Shown: in pieces, positions 10,511 to 21,306 of the stretch | Layout of the letters: each line of letters starts with the position of its first letter | Position numbering within the stretch: the stretch's first letter is position 1 | Assembly (NCBI RefSeq): GCF_001194135.2 | Contig: NC_068990.1 | Span: forward strand, 3,579,469-3,616,376 | Length of the DNA stretch: 36,908 nt | Origin: Octopus bimaculoides | Taxonomy: Eukaryota | Direction: 5' to 3' | Notes under the pieces: generated by a model | Seen by the model: the letters and a program-made list of their open reading frames with translations, nothing else | Database searches by the model: none | What the model was told of the DNA's origin: nothing | Translations under genes and position numbers: made by a program

Positions 10511-10722
10511 ATGGTTTCAAATTTTACTACAAGGACAACGATGTGGGAACAGGGGATGAATCGATTATATCGACCCCTGTGTTCAGCTGGTACTTATTTT
10601 ATGGACCCCAAAAGGATAAAGGGCACAGTCGACCTCGGCGGAATTTGAACTCAGAACGTAGCGACAGACGAAATACAGCTAAGAATTTCGCCGGCGTGCT
10701 AACGATTCTGCCTACTTGCCGG
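10511..10722 (-). mobile_element. SINE family A
   Basis: gtcgacctcggcggaatttgaactcagaacgtagcgacagacgaaatacagctaagaatttcgccggcgtgctaacgattctgcc. Confidence 0.9.
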
Positions 10723-10879
10723 GTGTGCGTGACTAACGACATCACATGCCTGTGGATTTTATCCCGAAGCGGCAATGATCCTCGGTAGCACTGACAGACG
10801 AGGTGTTTTGGAAATTTCTCACCACTGATCCTCTATAGAACAATACGTTAATACTCTAAAACATCCAACGACAACATCG

Positions 10880-11880
10880 CTCGACTGAGAGAAAATTGCG
10901 AGCTCATGCCAGCACTCTAGTTGCCAAACATTTGAATGCGGCTCTGGCAAAGAGAAAAGCTGCGGAAAACACGCTTATAAAAGGTGACCATATTTGCTGA
11001 TCGTCAAGGAAAGGTAAAATTGTTGCAGCCTCAACATGTTTCTCCCTCAGTATGTACAGTCCATCATGCAGTGCATGTTGATAGAAAATGGACTGTTTCA
11101 CCAGTTTATTGAGGTTATCTCAACAAAGATTTCTATAAGCCATTAATGGATGACCAAAAGAACACGATACTCCACAAAATTAAATAGCTAGCGTTCCATC
11201 CTGGTCAGCTATTAAAAGAAGTAAAGAATGACAGTCAGATGTTAGATGACGGAGAAAATGAGGATATTCACCATTTTCAGTTGTAGAGGATTAACTAGCC
11301 GTCTCGCTATACTAGAATTTTCTTAAAACTTTTATACTCTAATATCACAGACTCTTTAACGGCTAAACCCTATGGGTTGCTGACGATTTCTGTGCATGTC
11401 TGATTAGTCGACCACTTCGAATTGTGGACAATCTATGTTATTCTTATATGCTAGCCGACAGAATACTCTGTCAAGATGTGTCCAACTTAACTTGATATTG
11501 TTTGACCATGTTCGCACTGGTACATTTGGGATGTCCAGTCGAGACCTGTCAACTGGTAGGGAACCAATCTAGCCGTATACGAATGCCTTCACAATCACCC
11601 ACTAACCCTGAAGAGGGTTATGTACCTAAGAAAAGGTCAGGCACCTGAGGAAATCTGGTTGCCCCGCCCCGATCGCGGCGTATACAACAACTAGTTTGGA
11701 GGTACCCCTTCACTAATGTTTATGTCATGGACCACCAACTTGCGTACAGGAAAATTGAGATCCAGGCCTTTACAGCACAACATTATGACCCTGCTTGCTT
11801 AGATCACAAAATCATCAAATCTAGGTAGCCTAACACGTGTCGGAAATCCTGAGACCATTGAACAAGTCCGCCCGCTTAGC
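10880..11880 (-). mobile_element. Possible very decayed LTR-retrotransposon (protease/RT-start) relic
   Basis: Non-repetitive segment, more GC-rich than its flanks. Minus-strand VKLDTS*QSIL (about 11460-11491) resembles a retropepsin xLDTG motif, and NLNKLVKQSIF (about 11090-11120) resembles the start of a Gypsy RT. The matches are weak and broken by stops. Confidence 0.2.
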
Positions 11881-11889
11881 AGTAATACT

Positions 11890-12035
11890 AAATAACTGGA
11901 AATGTCTGCACGAGAAAACACCTTGAGATTTTCTTCAATGCTTTACTTTCAGAGTCCAAACCACGTTGCTGTCAACTTTACCTTTCATCCTTGCGGGGTT
12001 AAGAAATAAAGTACCAACCAAAAACTTCGCCGGTT
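11890..12035 (+). mobile_element. SINE family A, decayed
   Basis: gtcaactttacctttcatccttgcggggttaagaaataaagtacc matches the family core. Confidence 0.65.
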
Positions 12036-12984
12036 TAATCTGTGAAATCTCTTCTCCAAATATGCACACTTCGTTGCTTATTGGGTTTTCAATGCCCATT
12101 CAAGTACATGCTATTTTCTTCTCCACTCTGTGCTGATAATCTCTCAATAATATACTGCACGGATTATAATACAATGCTTAACGTTCGAACTAATGTCTCT
12201 GGCCGCTTCCATTTCACCATGTATTACGTAAGAAGTATAAAAATAAACGTACGAAATCTCTCCTGGTCGTCTCAATGGGAACCGTATCACACAATACATC
12301 GGCCAAAGTTTCTCTTATGTGCTTAGTTGAGAGCATACTGAATCCCATTTCATTTTTTGAATACCAGAGTTATGTCACTTTTGTCGTGCCTTGTCTGGTT
12401 TCCGATACGATCATGTGACATGAATTCAGAATTTCTTATGTAACACAGCTCTCGGAAGAAAGCTCGTAATATCTTCTTCCGGAAGTTATTTCTTTCATTG
12501 TTAACTTTGCAAATATATATGTGTATGTGCATGTATAACTAGTGTCTGTAATCGCATTGCACAGGAATTCATATCTATTTACTGAACTGCAAATATCTTC
12601 GTATATGATTCTATTTATTTACATATTATTTCCCCTTTTTTAACAGTTTGTGTTTTGTGTTTCAAAACTTCCAGCGAACTTTCTTTTTTGAAAACTTTTG
12701 TTGGCATCATAGGTGGTACTTACTTTTTTCTATATAGTACTTCCCAAAATTACCACCATTCAGAGCATAAGTAATCTTTTAAAATGTGTAAATAAAAAAT
12801 ACTTTAAAAATTTAATCAATTTTTTAAAAGACAGATGTATTTATCTGCGTCGAAATATTAGGGCAAACGTCCAAAATATTTCGGAATGTTTGTAAATATT
12901 CCAAAAAGTTTTGTGTTTCCATAAAATTAAACATGGAAAAATTCAAATAAGGCTAAGAGACAAAGCACGTCCAATATCAGCATC

Positions 12985-13065
12985 AAATAATAATAATAAT
13001 AATCAATAGCAGCATCAGCAACAACAACAACAACATCAGCAACAATAACAACAGCAACAGAATGA
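12985..13065. repeat. Compound (AAT)/(CAG)/(CAA) trinucleotide repeat
   Basis: Directly visible. Confidence 0.9.
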
Positions 13066-13197
13066 CGAATTGCCAACTAAAGCAGCTGAACAACAATCTG
13101 TCATGAAGAATTTGATAACAGCAAAATCGATGAAACTCAGAGAACAAGCGCAGAATCTGTGGGAAAGGAGACGAAAGTATTAACCACTTTGTAAATA

Positions 13198-13400
13198 ATT
13201 GTTTCTGATATTGGCGCCAGACCAGAAATTTTGAGGACAAGGATGAGTGACTACATCGACCAAGTACATAACAAACAGACTCCGAGAGGAGGAAAGGTTA
13301 AGTTGGTTTTGGAGGGATTAGAACTCAAAACATACAGTTAGCAGGAATTCCGCTAAGCATTTTCTCCGACGCGCTAACAGATCTGCCTGCTCGCAGCCTT
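13198..13400 (-). mobile_element. SINE family A, decayed
   Basis: gactacatcgacc...gactccgagaggaggaaagg...gattagaactcaaaac...ccgctaagcattttctccgacgcgctaac. Confidence 0.75.
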
Positions 13401-13401
13401 C

Positions 13402-13454
<53 letters not shown>
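13402..13454. repeat. (AAT)n microsatellite
   Basis: Directly visible. Confidence 0.95.
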
Positions 13455-14225
13455 CTTCACCAGGACTGCAGTTCCGTCAACGAGACGCGCTGCGGAAAGA
13501 CGAGCCTCACAAACGGAGCCCACACACGCTCCAGAAATCGTTTCAGGTAGCATAACCTAAGAGCGTGTCTGCACATTACGAGCCACGGCATACCTAATCC
13601 ACTACTCATAGGATGCTGGCAGCACACTGACCGCCTGACCATTGGAACGCGTCTCTTCCACAATAATTTAAATAACAGACACTCCAACCTGATCAACCAG
13701 TAACCGGAACAAGGCACGACGGTCCGGCATTGAATGATAACGGAGGCGGTGTAAACATTCGCCACCTCTGCCTGACTTTTCAGGGATAGCTTCTTTGCAG
13801 CCCCTTTCTGGGTAAAACTGGCCACCCTGTTTTCTACCTCATCCCAGTTCTTATCAATCTGGAGGTCGGAATTAAACCAGACCCCAAGGTGTTTAACAGG
13901 TCCGTCGGTCCAGCGTCCAGCGACGCCGTCTGATGGCATCGTCCTGCCCCTCCATGAGCCCAACCGCAAACCCACCGATTTGTCGGCGTTGATTTTAGCC
14001 CCTGCAACCGACTCATATTCCTTTAGGATGGTGTCGGCCGTCTCCACTTTGATGGCGTCTTACACAATGACAGTGACGTTGTGCCAGTTCGAAAGGGATG
14101 CCCTTAGCTGTTTCAACTTCCGCAGCAGTGGTTAGAGTGCCAATACGTACAGAAGAGGCAACAGCGGGCAGCCCTGATGGACCAAGCGTGCGATGCCAAA
14201 CGGCCCCGATAAAACACTTTGAATA
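13455..14225 (-). mobile_element. Tx1-like LINE ORF2 relic: RT motif region and post-RT domain (ORF 13457-14047)
   Basis: LSGPFGIARLVHQGCPLLPLLYVLAL*PLLRKL is the RT QGCPLSP motif. The YADD motif is missing just before VTVIV. It is followed by GAKINADKS...GPVKHLGVWF...KLSLKSQAEVANVY...SGLGMP. Confidence 0.9.
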
Positions 14226-14324
14226 CAGTAACCATAAGAGCATTACAACAAACCACAGCACATACTCAAGACACTCAGAGCTGTGCTCAGTGGTTCAGTG
14301 AAAGCACGTAAAAAAATAAGGCTA

Positions 14325-14326
<2 letters not shown>

Positions 14327-14393
<67 letters not shown>

Positions 14394-14477
14394 AACAACA
14401 ACAACAATAATAATAATAACAAAAACAACAACAACAACAATAATAATAATAATAATAATAACAAAAACAACAACAAC

Positions 14478-14541
<64 letters not shown>
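14327..14541. repeat. Long (AAT)n array with three repeated aacaaaaacaacaacaac interruptions
   Basis: Interruptions at about 14388, 14418 and 14460. Confidence 0.95.
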
Positions 14542-14833
14542 GTAAAGAATTTGGAGCACGCGAACAGTAACTATCGTGCCTATAATAGTTGGTATGTTCG
14601 GAACAGTAAGGCAAGATATAGACAAATGGCTGAAGGTGATTGAAATAGAATGCCCGGTAAAGCTCCAACAAAGTTTGTCTCTTAGGGATAGCAAGGATTA
14701 TGGGGAGTGTTCTAAGCACTTAAAAGTTTGCTGAAAACTTGTGGATGCCTAAGGTTACAGGTAGTAACCCGCTATCCACATAATTCCTACCAGGAATGAG
14801 ACCGAACCTGAGCCAAACCATAATAATAATAAT
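14542..14833 (+). mobile_element. 3' end of an R4/Dong-like (REL-endonuclease) non-LTR retrotransposon embedded in (AAT)n
   Basis: RIWSTRTVTIVPIIVGMFGTV...DKWLKVIEI and, after a frameshift, VCLLGIARIMGSVLST* match the REL-element C-terminus (VVPIIIGALGTV...LQK.CLLGTARILR.VL). A short 3' UTR ends in (AAT)n. Confidence 0.75.
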
Positions 14834-15604
14834 ATATGAACAAAGCACGAAAGTCGTGTCATCTCTCAAGTTTAGACATAATCAAAAGTCAAAAAGCTAC
14901 TCTTTTTAGCCATAACCCAAATCTTAGGCTGGAACACTCTCAAGTGAATAGCGCAATTGAAACAGTAACCTCGCAATGCACATCATTTACCATTGAAATG
15001 AATGAGACTTTATTAGAATAGCTTTCATAACCCATAGAGATATGTATTTCTACCAAATTACACACTTCAACACACTCTGCATAGTCACCCCCCGCCTAAA
15101 AGAAAAAGATTTTCCAACTGATACACTTACGTAAATCGATATCCGACATAGAAAAAAAACGCAGGCTAGTCAAATTATAAACAGTTACAACCGATTTATG
15201 TATCTCAACCGACATATCACACTCTGTATATATAGAGCTTAGTGCTTTACTTTAGTCGAGCAGATATATGATAAAAGGTGTTTCTCTTGAGCCTGTCACA
15301 CCTTATTTGTAGACATAACACTATGGTGGACTACATTCTAAATATATGTGATATGCTTTAGACAGTAATGTTTAATTTGAGAATGATTTTGTCATTATCT
15401 CAATGTTTATCGGGTAGATCGTGAATCTAGATCATTGGTCGTGATACAGACCTTGACTACCTCTTGTCGGCTTCAAGGTTACTAATTAACGGATTTTGAA
15501 GGTTTATGCTATTTATGATAACTGTGGCAACGTTGCTTCCCCCGTTGTTTGTACCGATGCAAAGAGAAAAGAAACTGTTGCATTTTTGGCCAAATCAACA
15601 GAAG

Positions 15605-15822
15605 TGAAGGCAAACTGGAGCAATCGGTAGCGCACCAGGCAAAAGTTGTTTAGCGCATTTTTTTTTACCTTTGCATTCTGAGTAAAAATTGCACTAAGCT
15701 CGACTTTGTATTTCATCCTTTTAGGGTCGATGCTAGTTCTGGACCGGGGTCGGTGTAATCACCTAGCCTGCGAACCCAAAATTTCAGGCATTTTACCAAT
15801 AGTAGAGAGAAAGAAAAATACT
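15605..15822 (+). mobile_element. SINE family A, decayed
   Basis: ttctgagtaaaaattgcactaagctcgactttgtatttcatccttttagggtcgat...ggggtcggtgtaatc. Confidence 0.7.
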
Positions 15823-16032
15823 GTGTGTAACTGTAGCTAACCCTTCTCGCGAAGACAGCCGACTTGCAAAATGTAGATCATAATCTTCTAAAAATATTCT
15901 CCATAAGCCATACGTTTTACATGCTGTAGAAGACAAATGATCTAGTCCGAGAGACACCACAGCTGTAAAGAAGCGAACATTCAGGAATCATTCCTCTTAA
16001 TACTGGATCTATCTTCAGTAATATCCACGCTA

Positions 16033-16061
16033 GGTCCACCAGGGCTCCCTGCTGTTGCCTC
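16033..16061 (+). mobile_element. Tiny Tx1-like RT motif remnant (VHQG.LLLP)
   Basis: 26 of 29 nt identical to the reverse complement of 14155-14183. Confidence 0.45.
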
Positions 16062-16434
16062 CAACAAAAATGACCCTAACTACACAGCTCATGGGAATAC
16101 ATAATCCTTAACGATGACTTTATAAATGAGAATTATTATATATTTAACAAAATGCTATGGAAGGATTCCGACCCCCCACCCAACCACCGAGTGACGAAAG
16201 GTGGGATTACACCTAGTTATAAATTAAAGAACTGTGAGCGATTGGCAGTTCGTATTGGTTACGAGTTCACTGTGAGCCTTTGATATACAGCGTTGAGTCT
16301 CGTGTACTACTAATAGTAGTGTATCGTGTATATACTTTCTTCCGCCTACTTCGTTACATTATATGTCCAATACAGGGATATAAAGCAAAAGTAATCCTTC
16401 TTCTACACAGTGTGTATTGTATTAACAACCACAT

Positions 16435-16785
16435 AGGGTAAAGGGTAAAGAATCCCATCGGTCATGAATGACCATGGGATTACACCTAAAAATTTACCTT
16501 CCGAGGCACAAGTCCGGGCAAGGTTGTTTATAGAAGACCAGTAACTGCCTATGCATATCAGTCTCCTCTCTCCACACCATCAATGGTATCCAAGGGAAAG
16601 GCAAAGGGGCCGATACAGCTTGGCACCAGTGACGTCGCAACTCATTTCTGCAGTTGAGTGGACTGGAGCAACGTGAAATAAAGTGTCTTGTTCAAGAGCA
16701 CAACACACAGCCCGGTCGGAGAATCTGATTCACTGCTTCGTGATTGTGAGTCCGACGCTCTAACCACTGAGTCATGCGCCTTCAC
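16435..16785 (-). mobile_element. SINE family D, near full length (tRNA head, cttgagcaagacactt-type CORE/V-like motif, hairpin tail)
   Basis: Minus-strand head gtgaaggcgcatgactcagtggttagagcgtcggactcacaatc carries an A-box. The body is homologous to 22174-22470. Confidence 0.85.
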
Positions 16786-17353
16786 TAAAAAAACACAGAG
16801 TTATCGGTAACTATACACAGGATATGAAAATGTTATAACCTGATAAAAATGTAAGAAATTCCTGAAGATTGTTTAAAAATGTTTCATTTCTGATCATTCG
16901 GCTAAAGCATAATTGGAGTGACTACATTCACAGAGTCAAAGCATATGCATCATATACTTCGTACATAAACACTTACATGGATATGAATATCATATACTTC
17001 AATTGACTAACGTACAGACTAACACAAACACACACAGCGAGCGTACGTACACACCTATATACACAGAACCAAAGTTAAAATCAGACAGATAAGACAGGAC
17101 AATGCTGATAAATCGAGAGACAAACATCAAAAAGTATATGAATTTATCATACACATGCGCTTGTGTCAGCGTCGTCTGTGTGTGTTTCTGTCTGTGTGTG
17201 TTTGTGTCTGTGTATGTTTTTGCTACAGATTAGATAATTACACATGCCGACAAAGGAATATGAACTCCCATATTCTCGCTGCCCCACCTCTCTCGTTCTA
17301 CTATATGTCTGTCTATCTAGCTATCTATCTTTCTTTCTCTCTCTTTATATTTA

Positions 17354-17357
<4 letters not shown>

Positions 17358-17393
<36 letters not shown>

Positions 17394-17410
17394 CACACAC
17401 ACACATACGT
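17358..17410. repeat. (TA)n/(CA)n microsatellite
   Basis: Directly visible. Confidence 0.95.
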
Positions 17411-17987
17411 GTATGTAAGCAAGTATGTATGTATTTGTGTTTTAGCTGCTTGTTGGTGGCATCTGATCAATAGAAAACAAGTCTGTCTTATGAAATGAAT
17501 TAATAAAGTTACCCGCTAGATATATGCTATCAGGAAACTTCGTAATACAATAATACTTGCTTATAAGCAAAGAAATTAAAACAAAGTAATAAAATATCGG
17601 ATAAAAAAGGTGGGAAACATAATAAATGAAACAATGGCACAATGAATAATTGTGTTTTTCTCGTTTCTGATACGAATTTGTCTCCAACAGGAAAATGTCT
17701 GCTGATAAAAAATATATAACGAATTGTGATAACAGTTGTGAACCGTTTTCTTTTACCTGAGTGACACGGATATAATAATATGGGTATACATAATAATAGT
17801 GAGGTTTTATGGGTGCGTTTGTGTTTGTCTATGTCTGTGTGTGTAAGAGAGTGAGTGCGCCTGTGTGCGTGTGTGTCTATGCGTGAGAGTGTGTGCATGT
17901 ACCCAACGTGCACACACACAAACATACACTGAAATAAATATTAATACCCATGTACACGCACATTTGTATGAATATGTATGAATGCGT

Positions 17988-18090
17988 ACATAGACAGACA
18001 GACAGATGGAGAGATAGACAGACAGACAGATGGAGAGATAGACAGTCTGACAGACATACATACAGACAGACAGACAGACAGATAGATATT
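17988..18090. repeat. (GACA)/(GATA) repeat with a duplicated 24-bp higher-order unit tagacagacagacagatggagaga
   Basis: The unit occurs twice in tandem at about 17991-18038. Confidence 0.85.
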
Positions 18091-18289
18091 CATACGTATA
18101 TATAGGTGCATCTGTAGATGTAGGTATGTATGTATAAATATATATATATAATAATATTAGGGACAAAATCCAAAATTACAGGTAAAAAACTCAATTAAAA
18201 TCAATTTATAAAAAATTAAAATTAAATTGAGCATGTGATAATGGATTTTCATCGATGAGTTCTTGAAAATTGGTAATTTTCCCTAAAAC

Positions 18290-18484
18290 TATATATATAT
18301 ATATATATATATATNNNNNNNNNNNNNNNNNNNNNNNNNNNNNNNNNNNNNNNNNNNNNNNNNNNNNNNNNNNNNNNNNNNNNNNNNNNNNNNNNNNNNN
18401 NNNNNNNNNNNNNNNNNNNNNNNNNNNNNNNNNNNNNNNNNNNNNNNNNATATATACACACACACTCACATATACATACATATG

Positions 18485-18517
<33 letters not shown>

Positions 18518-18560
18518 GTGTGCGTGTGTGTGTGTGTGTGTGTATTGTGTGCGTGTGTGT
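18290..18560. repeat. (TA)n/(GT)n microsatellite spanning an assembly gap
   Basis: Directly visible; N run at 18315-18449. Confidence 0.95.
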
Positions 18561-18647
18561 GAAAATGCGGTTATTTATTTACAAACAGAATCGAAAATGT
18601 CTTATATTGGATTGATCTTTCTGTTCACTAAAGGAACTAATGCTTAC

Positions 18648-18656
18648 CTGGCATAC
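18648..18656 (-). CDS. Candidate 9-nt microexon GTATGCCAG of an unidentified minus-strand gene
   Basis: Minus strand reads ...ctttttatcctcttcatctttgcttatcAG | GTATGCCAG | GTAAGC. It has a strong pyrimidine tract, a TGC motif about 10 nt upstream and a CAG|GTAAGC donor. The length preserves frame and is stop-free in all phases. Confidence 0.45.
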
Positions 18657-18702
18657 CTGATAAGCAAAGATGAAGAGGATAAAAAGTACAATGTACAAAG
18701 AG

Positions 18703-18705
18703 CGC

Positions 18706-18772
<67 letters not shown>
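18703..18772. repeat. (GT)n microsatellite preceded by (GC)n
   Basis: Directly visible. Confidence 0.95.
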
Positions 18773-18774
<2 letters not shown>

Positions 18775-20556
18775 TGTATCGGGGATTGTCAATGTGTTGA
18801 TTTTAGCGAACAAAGGGAAAATACTCTCAATTCCGGAAATGTTACATATATAATTTAGTTCGGTTAGCTGAAAACAATTAGACGAAACTAAGTTTTCACA
18901 TGCCCTCTAGAAGTGCTTGGTTCATCAGACGTCTACTTTAGGTTAAAGCCATTCAGCGGCAAAGGGGTATGGCAAGATAGTTATCGAAACGCAAGCTACT
19001 GCTCGGTCTTCTTAGATCTTATATTGTCTTTACTGGTGAGCCAGAAGATTTCATGTGAATATAGAACAATGTAGATTACTTTCAAGAATGTTGAGAATCG
19101 ACGGAAGTAATTAGATTCGCACGTTCTTGCATACATTTGGCATACGTTTAACCGAATATATATATAATATATGTGTATATGTATATAAGTGGGTCATATT
19201 TAAGGTAGATTGAGAAACTTGATTACCATTATACAATTTATCAGACATATCAAGAAACGAATACTTTTATCAAAACTGCTAAAATTACACGTATCTGTTA
19301 TGTATGGACAATACTCTACTGTTTAATAATGTCGAAGAGCATGTATAAACGTTGATAATCATTGTGTCCTTACTAGATAGCAATCTTTATTTAAAATGGT
19401 TAACATCAATAATTTAAGTTGTCATTTCTTGCATATCTGCCTGCATTTCAAGAGTCGCCAAATATACTGCAGCATGTTAAAAATGGAAATAACATGCAAC
19501 CAACACATATACAACTGTATTTAGAAATGTATACGAATTGTAATGCTCTAAGATACAAAGACATGCATTACGGCTGTACTAAGCCATTCACCAACGTGAG
19601 CAGGATCATTTAATTATGGACTATGTTATAGGAAAATTTAGTTTGTGTAAGCTTGAGATCAGGTGAATTGTTAAATTATATTCGATTAGCAGCAAAAGGA
19701 TTTGTGGTTTCTGCACAAGATTTAGCCAGACTTTTGTAAACATGGTATCTGAATAGATAATGCTGCGTCTTAACTGAAGAAAATGTCCTTATTGACCATT
19801 GAAGTATAATATTTCTGTACTTTTGTCACGGATTCACATGAAGGAATATTGTTATAACATTTTCAAGCACAGAGTTTCACAAATGGAATATTGTCTTGAG
19901 GCAATTGGAGATATGTTGCGTTCTCCACTAAATGGCATATATATTAATGTACGAACGTTGAAACAAGTCAGAAAATTATCATTATAATTATAATGGGGAT
20001 CATCTTTAATATCACAATCCTCATCTTCAACATCATCACCATCTTTATTACGGAGTGGATAAGAAAGAAAAGACCGCCACATTTGGATTGACGTTGCTTC
20101 AGATCAGCCTTGGATGGCAATATGGGCATAAGAAGATTAACCGGTACACCATTTCCTGGTACAGACATGCAAAGTCCTCACCTTAAAATAAAATAGATTA
20201 GAAATCAAAACCAACAGCTCTAAGAATTTTAAGAGGCCTTCCAAACTCTACGGAGTCCGAAAGAAATCTTGATCCATCTTGCAAAAGTTTTCAGATGTCA
20301 TGATTGTATAAAACAAGATGAGCAAGGATTTCCTGCCGTATCGTTTCCTGTGTTTGCTTATCAAAGACTATTTTCTATTTTTTTGAGATGAGAGACGTGT
20401 TAAAGTGAACATCAGTCGAATTCCTTACAGGTTTACCAACAGAGGTTTTTGTTGCAGATGATGACCATAAGTGTCTTATTTTTTTTATTCTTCTTATATG
20501 CATTTGTCGATGTTTGGCGAAGGCGTGTATATATATATAATGAATAACAAACGTAT

Positions 20557-20800
20557 ACTTCTCGAGCCATGCCAGGCTCGTGAGGGCCGGTTTCCCGGTT
20601 TCAATGGCGTATATATTCCCCACCTGGACGAAACGCCGGTCCGTCGCAGGATTTGTCATTTTTGGCAGCTGCGTCCACTGAAGCAACGTGAAATGAAGTG
20701 TTTTGATCAACAACAGAACGCGTCACCCGGTCCAAGTATCGTAACCACAATCTTAAAATCATGATTTCAACACCCTAACCACTAAGCCACAGGCCTCCAC
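20557..20800 (-). mobile_element. SINE family E (tRNA head + V-domain-like core)
   Basis: Minus-strand head gtggaggcctgtggcttagtggttagggtg, then cacttcatttcacgttgcttcagt (shared with family D), then cctgcgacggaccggcgtttcgtccagg, which resembles the V-SINE motif CCTGCGATGGACTGGCGTCCCATCCAGG as recalled. Confidence 0.7.
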
Positions 20801-20812
20801 ACACACACATAT

Positions 20813-20861
<49 letters not shown>

Positions 20862-20905
20862 TGTTTGTGTGTGTGTATAAGTATGTAATTATGTATGTAT
20901 GTATT
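20800..20905. repeat. (CA)/(GT)n/(GTAT) microsatellite
   Basis: Directly visible. Confidence 0.95.
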
Positions 20906-21094
20906 TTACTATCGACATAGGATTGACTTTTAGAGATAGTGTTACCAAAACATAAATAAACAAAAGACCCTGCTATATTAAACAGATGTTCAAATACTGT
21001 TTTGAGGAGAGGGAAAGTAATTTAAGCATCAATTGGTGCAATGATTTACTTATCAACCGTGGTCACTTATTTCTACATTTTAATGTATTCTATA

Positions 21095-21306
21095 TAAGGG
21101 AACGAGCTATCAAAATGCTCAGAAGGAAACATGCTCAGTGACAGTTGGAACGTCTTTACGTTTGATTTCAAATGCCGCCGAGGTCGACCTTGCCATTCAT
21201 CCTTTCGATGTCAATAACATAAGTACCAGTTAAGCACTGGGGTCGATTTAATCGATTATCCCCTCCCCAGAAATTGCGGGCCTTGTGCCAAAACTTGAAA
21301 TCATTA
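21095..21306 (+). mobile_element. SINE family A
   Basis: gccgaggtcgaccttgccattcatcctttcgatgtcaataacataagtaccagttaagcactggggtcgatttaatcga...ccttgtgccaaaacttgaaa. Confidence 0.85.

Noticed and set aside
13457-14047. 196-aa ORF as a host gene or domesticated RT
   Set aside because: It is the post-RT part of a Tx1-like ORF2. The upstream RT is frameshifted and lacks YADD, and the 3' end is cut off by a microsatellite.
14243-14719. Poly-Leu / poly-Asn / poly-Tyr ORFs (also the poly-Arg/Ser, poly-His/Asp, VC, YI and HT ORFs elsewhere)
   Set aside because: These are translations of simple repeats, which lack stops by construction.
16030-16060. Collagen-like GPPGLP reading
   Set aside because: It is better explained as an alternative frame of the Tx1 RT motif VHQG.PLLP, given 26/29 identity to 14155-14183.
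17530-17760. Minus-strand 75-codon frame after cactcAG (GKRKRFTT...)
   Set aside because: The acceptor is modest, there is no convincing donor, and the F/L/I-rich composition reflects T-rich DNA. No homology recognised.
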